A stretch of DNA of 64,000 nucleotides from Batkoa obscura (lineage: Eukaryota). The DNA lies in contig JASVEC010000016.1 in the NCBI GenBank assembly GCA_030770535.1, positions 744,001 through 808,000 on the forward strand. Direction: 5' to 3'. Below, piece by piece: positions 62,845 through 64,000 of the stretch. The notes below the pieces were generated by a model. It ran no database searches, was not told where the DNA came from, and was given only the letters and a program-made list of their open reading frames with translations. Position 1 is the first letter of the stretch. Each line of letters starts with the position of its first letter. Position numbers and translations under genes: made by a program.

Positions 62845-64000
62845 TTAAATATTCAATTCTGGATTTAATTCATTAATATTATTATAAACTTTATCAACTT
62901 TAAGTTTCCAATAAGTTAATTTTTTATCCAATGTTTTTAATTGAACTTGGTCCAAGTATCTTGGCTGAACCCATTCAATTTCTACTTTACTTCCTACTTG
63001 ATCAATAGACCCTTTGATTAATTTTAAACTTAATGCTTTCATAATTAAATGTTCTACTTCATGAATAGGTATTCTACATTCCATACAAATTGATTCAAAA
63101 GAGACACTATGACTATCATTATCTTGTTTAAATAAAAATTCCATTAATCCCATTAAGATCATCTTTTGACGTAATATTACTTTATGTTGTTCTAATAATG
63201 GCTATATAAAATATAAAATAATATTAAGTAATTAGTATTATTATTAAACAAATCATCACTATATTAAACTTACCTGTTTATGAAAAGTAGCCATTAAAGA
63301 ATCTAATTTTCCAATTTCACCATTATTAAATACAATTAACAAATTATATAACCACTCATGTTCTCCACTCTTTAGTACCAAAGAAATAGGATGGGATAAC
63401 TAAATTAATGTGATAAACATAAGTAAATATAACTTAAAAGGACAATATGATGTTATATAATTACAATAAACTTACCAATTCACCAAAATTAAAGATAGTA
63501 TCACCTAAAAGAGCAGCTAAAGAAAGATCATAAGCTCTAGCTACTTTTTCTTGTTGATTTAAATCTTCAATATTAATACAACTTAAATAAAGTAAACAAT
63601 TATAATAATATTTAGTAAAATCTCCATAAGCCTATAGATATATAACATATTAGTTGTCACTCATAAAAATAAATAACGTATAAAAAATAAGTACCTTAAA
63701 ATATTCCGAAGCTACACGATAATAATGAGCGTGTACGATAGTATCCACTTGAGCTAATTTATCTAATACATCTTTACTATTTAATACCTTTTCCTTCACG
63801 CCATCAATATTATTATTTAATAACATTTGGTGAGCAATTTCAATATTAGCTAGAACGAAAGCGTCTTGGGAAGAAGTGTTGTTAACTTTATTAGCTATAC
63901 CATTCAAAAAGTTGATTGACTCCTCTTTATTATCAAAGGATTGAGCTATTGAAATGGAAATAATAACAAATTTTAGCTGATTTAATTTGCCTTGTAAGCC
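62845..64000 (-). CDS. RPN9: 26S proteasome lid subunit RPN9/PSMD13 (5' part outside window)
   Basis: KLNQLKFV, YYRVASEYFK, AYDLSLAALLGDTIFNFGEL, EVEHLIMKALSLKLIKGSIDQV..WVQPR. Confidence 0.93.

Overview
Very AT-rich eukaryotic DNA with short (~45-90 nt) GT-AG introns. Gene content and intron style suggest an early-diverging fungus (Zoopagomycota/Mucoromycota-like); this is inference. Conserved genes: an extended RPB8, Atg22-like MFS, hormone-sensitive-lipase-like, ELP1/IKI3, PUS7, ZIP transporter, MED4, NVJ2/TEX2-like, SAMHD1-like, GH18 chitinase, Rua1/DUF4451-like, UBE3D/IPA1-like, partial RPN9 and an initiator tRNA-Met. Bacterial-type genes: an intron-containing MscL with a zinc ribbon, an intronless YqjZ-like ABM monooxygenase, and DusA. 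A three-copy secreted DPBB/expansin-like family shows a gene-conversion signature. The centre holds an intact, very young 7.55-kb Ty3/Gypsy LTR retrotransposon with identical 400-bp LTRs, a -1 frameshift signal, an 838-aa coiled-coil Gag and a degenerate dUTPase-like domain between protease and RT. Two related solo LTRs are present, one with the same CTAT target duplication as the intact element. About 19 copies of a ~100-bp MITE-like element are scattered through intergenic DNA. All family assignments come from by-eye motif recognition; no searches were run.
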